From Phoronis australis (taxonomy: Eukaryota > Animalia > Phoronida), in assembly GCA_002633005.1 (NCBI GenBank), contig NMRA01000012.1:671534-735533 (forward strand): a DNA stretch of 64,000 nucleotides, in the 5' to 3' direction. The position numbers were made by a program, and so were the translations under genes. Shown one piece after another: positions 63,621 to 64,000 of the stretch; position 1 is the stretch's first letter, and each line of letters starts with the position of its first letter. A model generated the notes under the pieces. It was not told the DNA's origin, did no database searches, and was given only the letters and a program-made list of their open reading frames with translations.

Positions 63621-63759
63621 CGATGTGTTTAATTCCTTTCAACTGGAACAAATACTCCGGTTATGAAACTTTTTCTTCGAGCAGTCCCTACTTCAGTTCC
63701 CAAAATCGTGAAATCAACATTTTCATTCTTTTAACCAGGCCGAAGGTCAGAAGTTGCGG

Positions 63760-63830
63760 ACCTACCGGCGAACTTTGAAAGCTGAAGTTCCCGCCCTTCG
63801 CGTACGTGCTGCCGGGAACCAGCCGTGCAT
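63760..63830 (-). promoter_or_regulatory. Candidate DENR promoter and non-coding first exon
   Basis: Locally CpG-rich, with GGGCGG at ~63796-63791 and a CCG|GTAGGT donor-like site at 63765. The DENR ATG directly follows an acceptor, so an upstream UTR exon is expected. Confidence 0.35.
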
Positions 63831-64000
63831 TGGCTGTGTTGTTAAACATTAAAATGTCAAATATGTGCACAAAGATTATTAAATGTCATATCAACAGCAT
63901 TTATTTTTATCAAATACAAACAATAATTCATTGAAATACAATCAGTTTCAAGTAACGCCAATTAAAGACAAGTATAAGTGGTGGCATTTTGGAAACGAAC

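Overview
This is AT-rich, repeat-dense eukaryotic DNA from an animal, probably a marine invertebrate (inferred from the repeat types). It is a draft assembly with two large N gaps and several single-N joins. The only clear host gene is DENR (density-regulated protein) on the minus strand: 5 coding exons from 58576 to 42081, 191 aa, all splice phases consistent. The left half is a nest of mobile DNA. Its main feature is a ~9 kb Polinton/Maverick (adintovirus-type) derivative bounded by AGTAGT termini (6322-15303). It holds a decayed adenain protease, a major capsid gene broken into four pieces (two of them in a 1.3 kb palindrome), an intact core/PZ-like ORF, and a near-intact Fic-domain gene with a full HPFGDGNGRLSR motif and its own TATA/Inr promoter. 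The right end (15303) and another left end (38116) share a TIR variant and a GGTATT target duplication. Together they split one RTE-X LINE whose halves lie in reversed order and are flanked by a ~454 bp duplication. Also present are a hAT pseudogene and its MITE, a DIRS/Ngaro recombinase remnant, two THAP/ISL2EU-like transposons, Helentron-type repeats with CTCF-like motif arrays in a DENR intron, other MITEs, minisatellites and a tRNA-derived element. All family calls come from motif recognition by eye; no searches were run.
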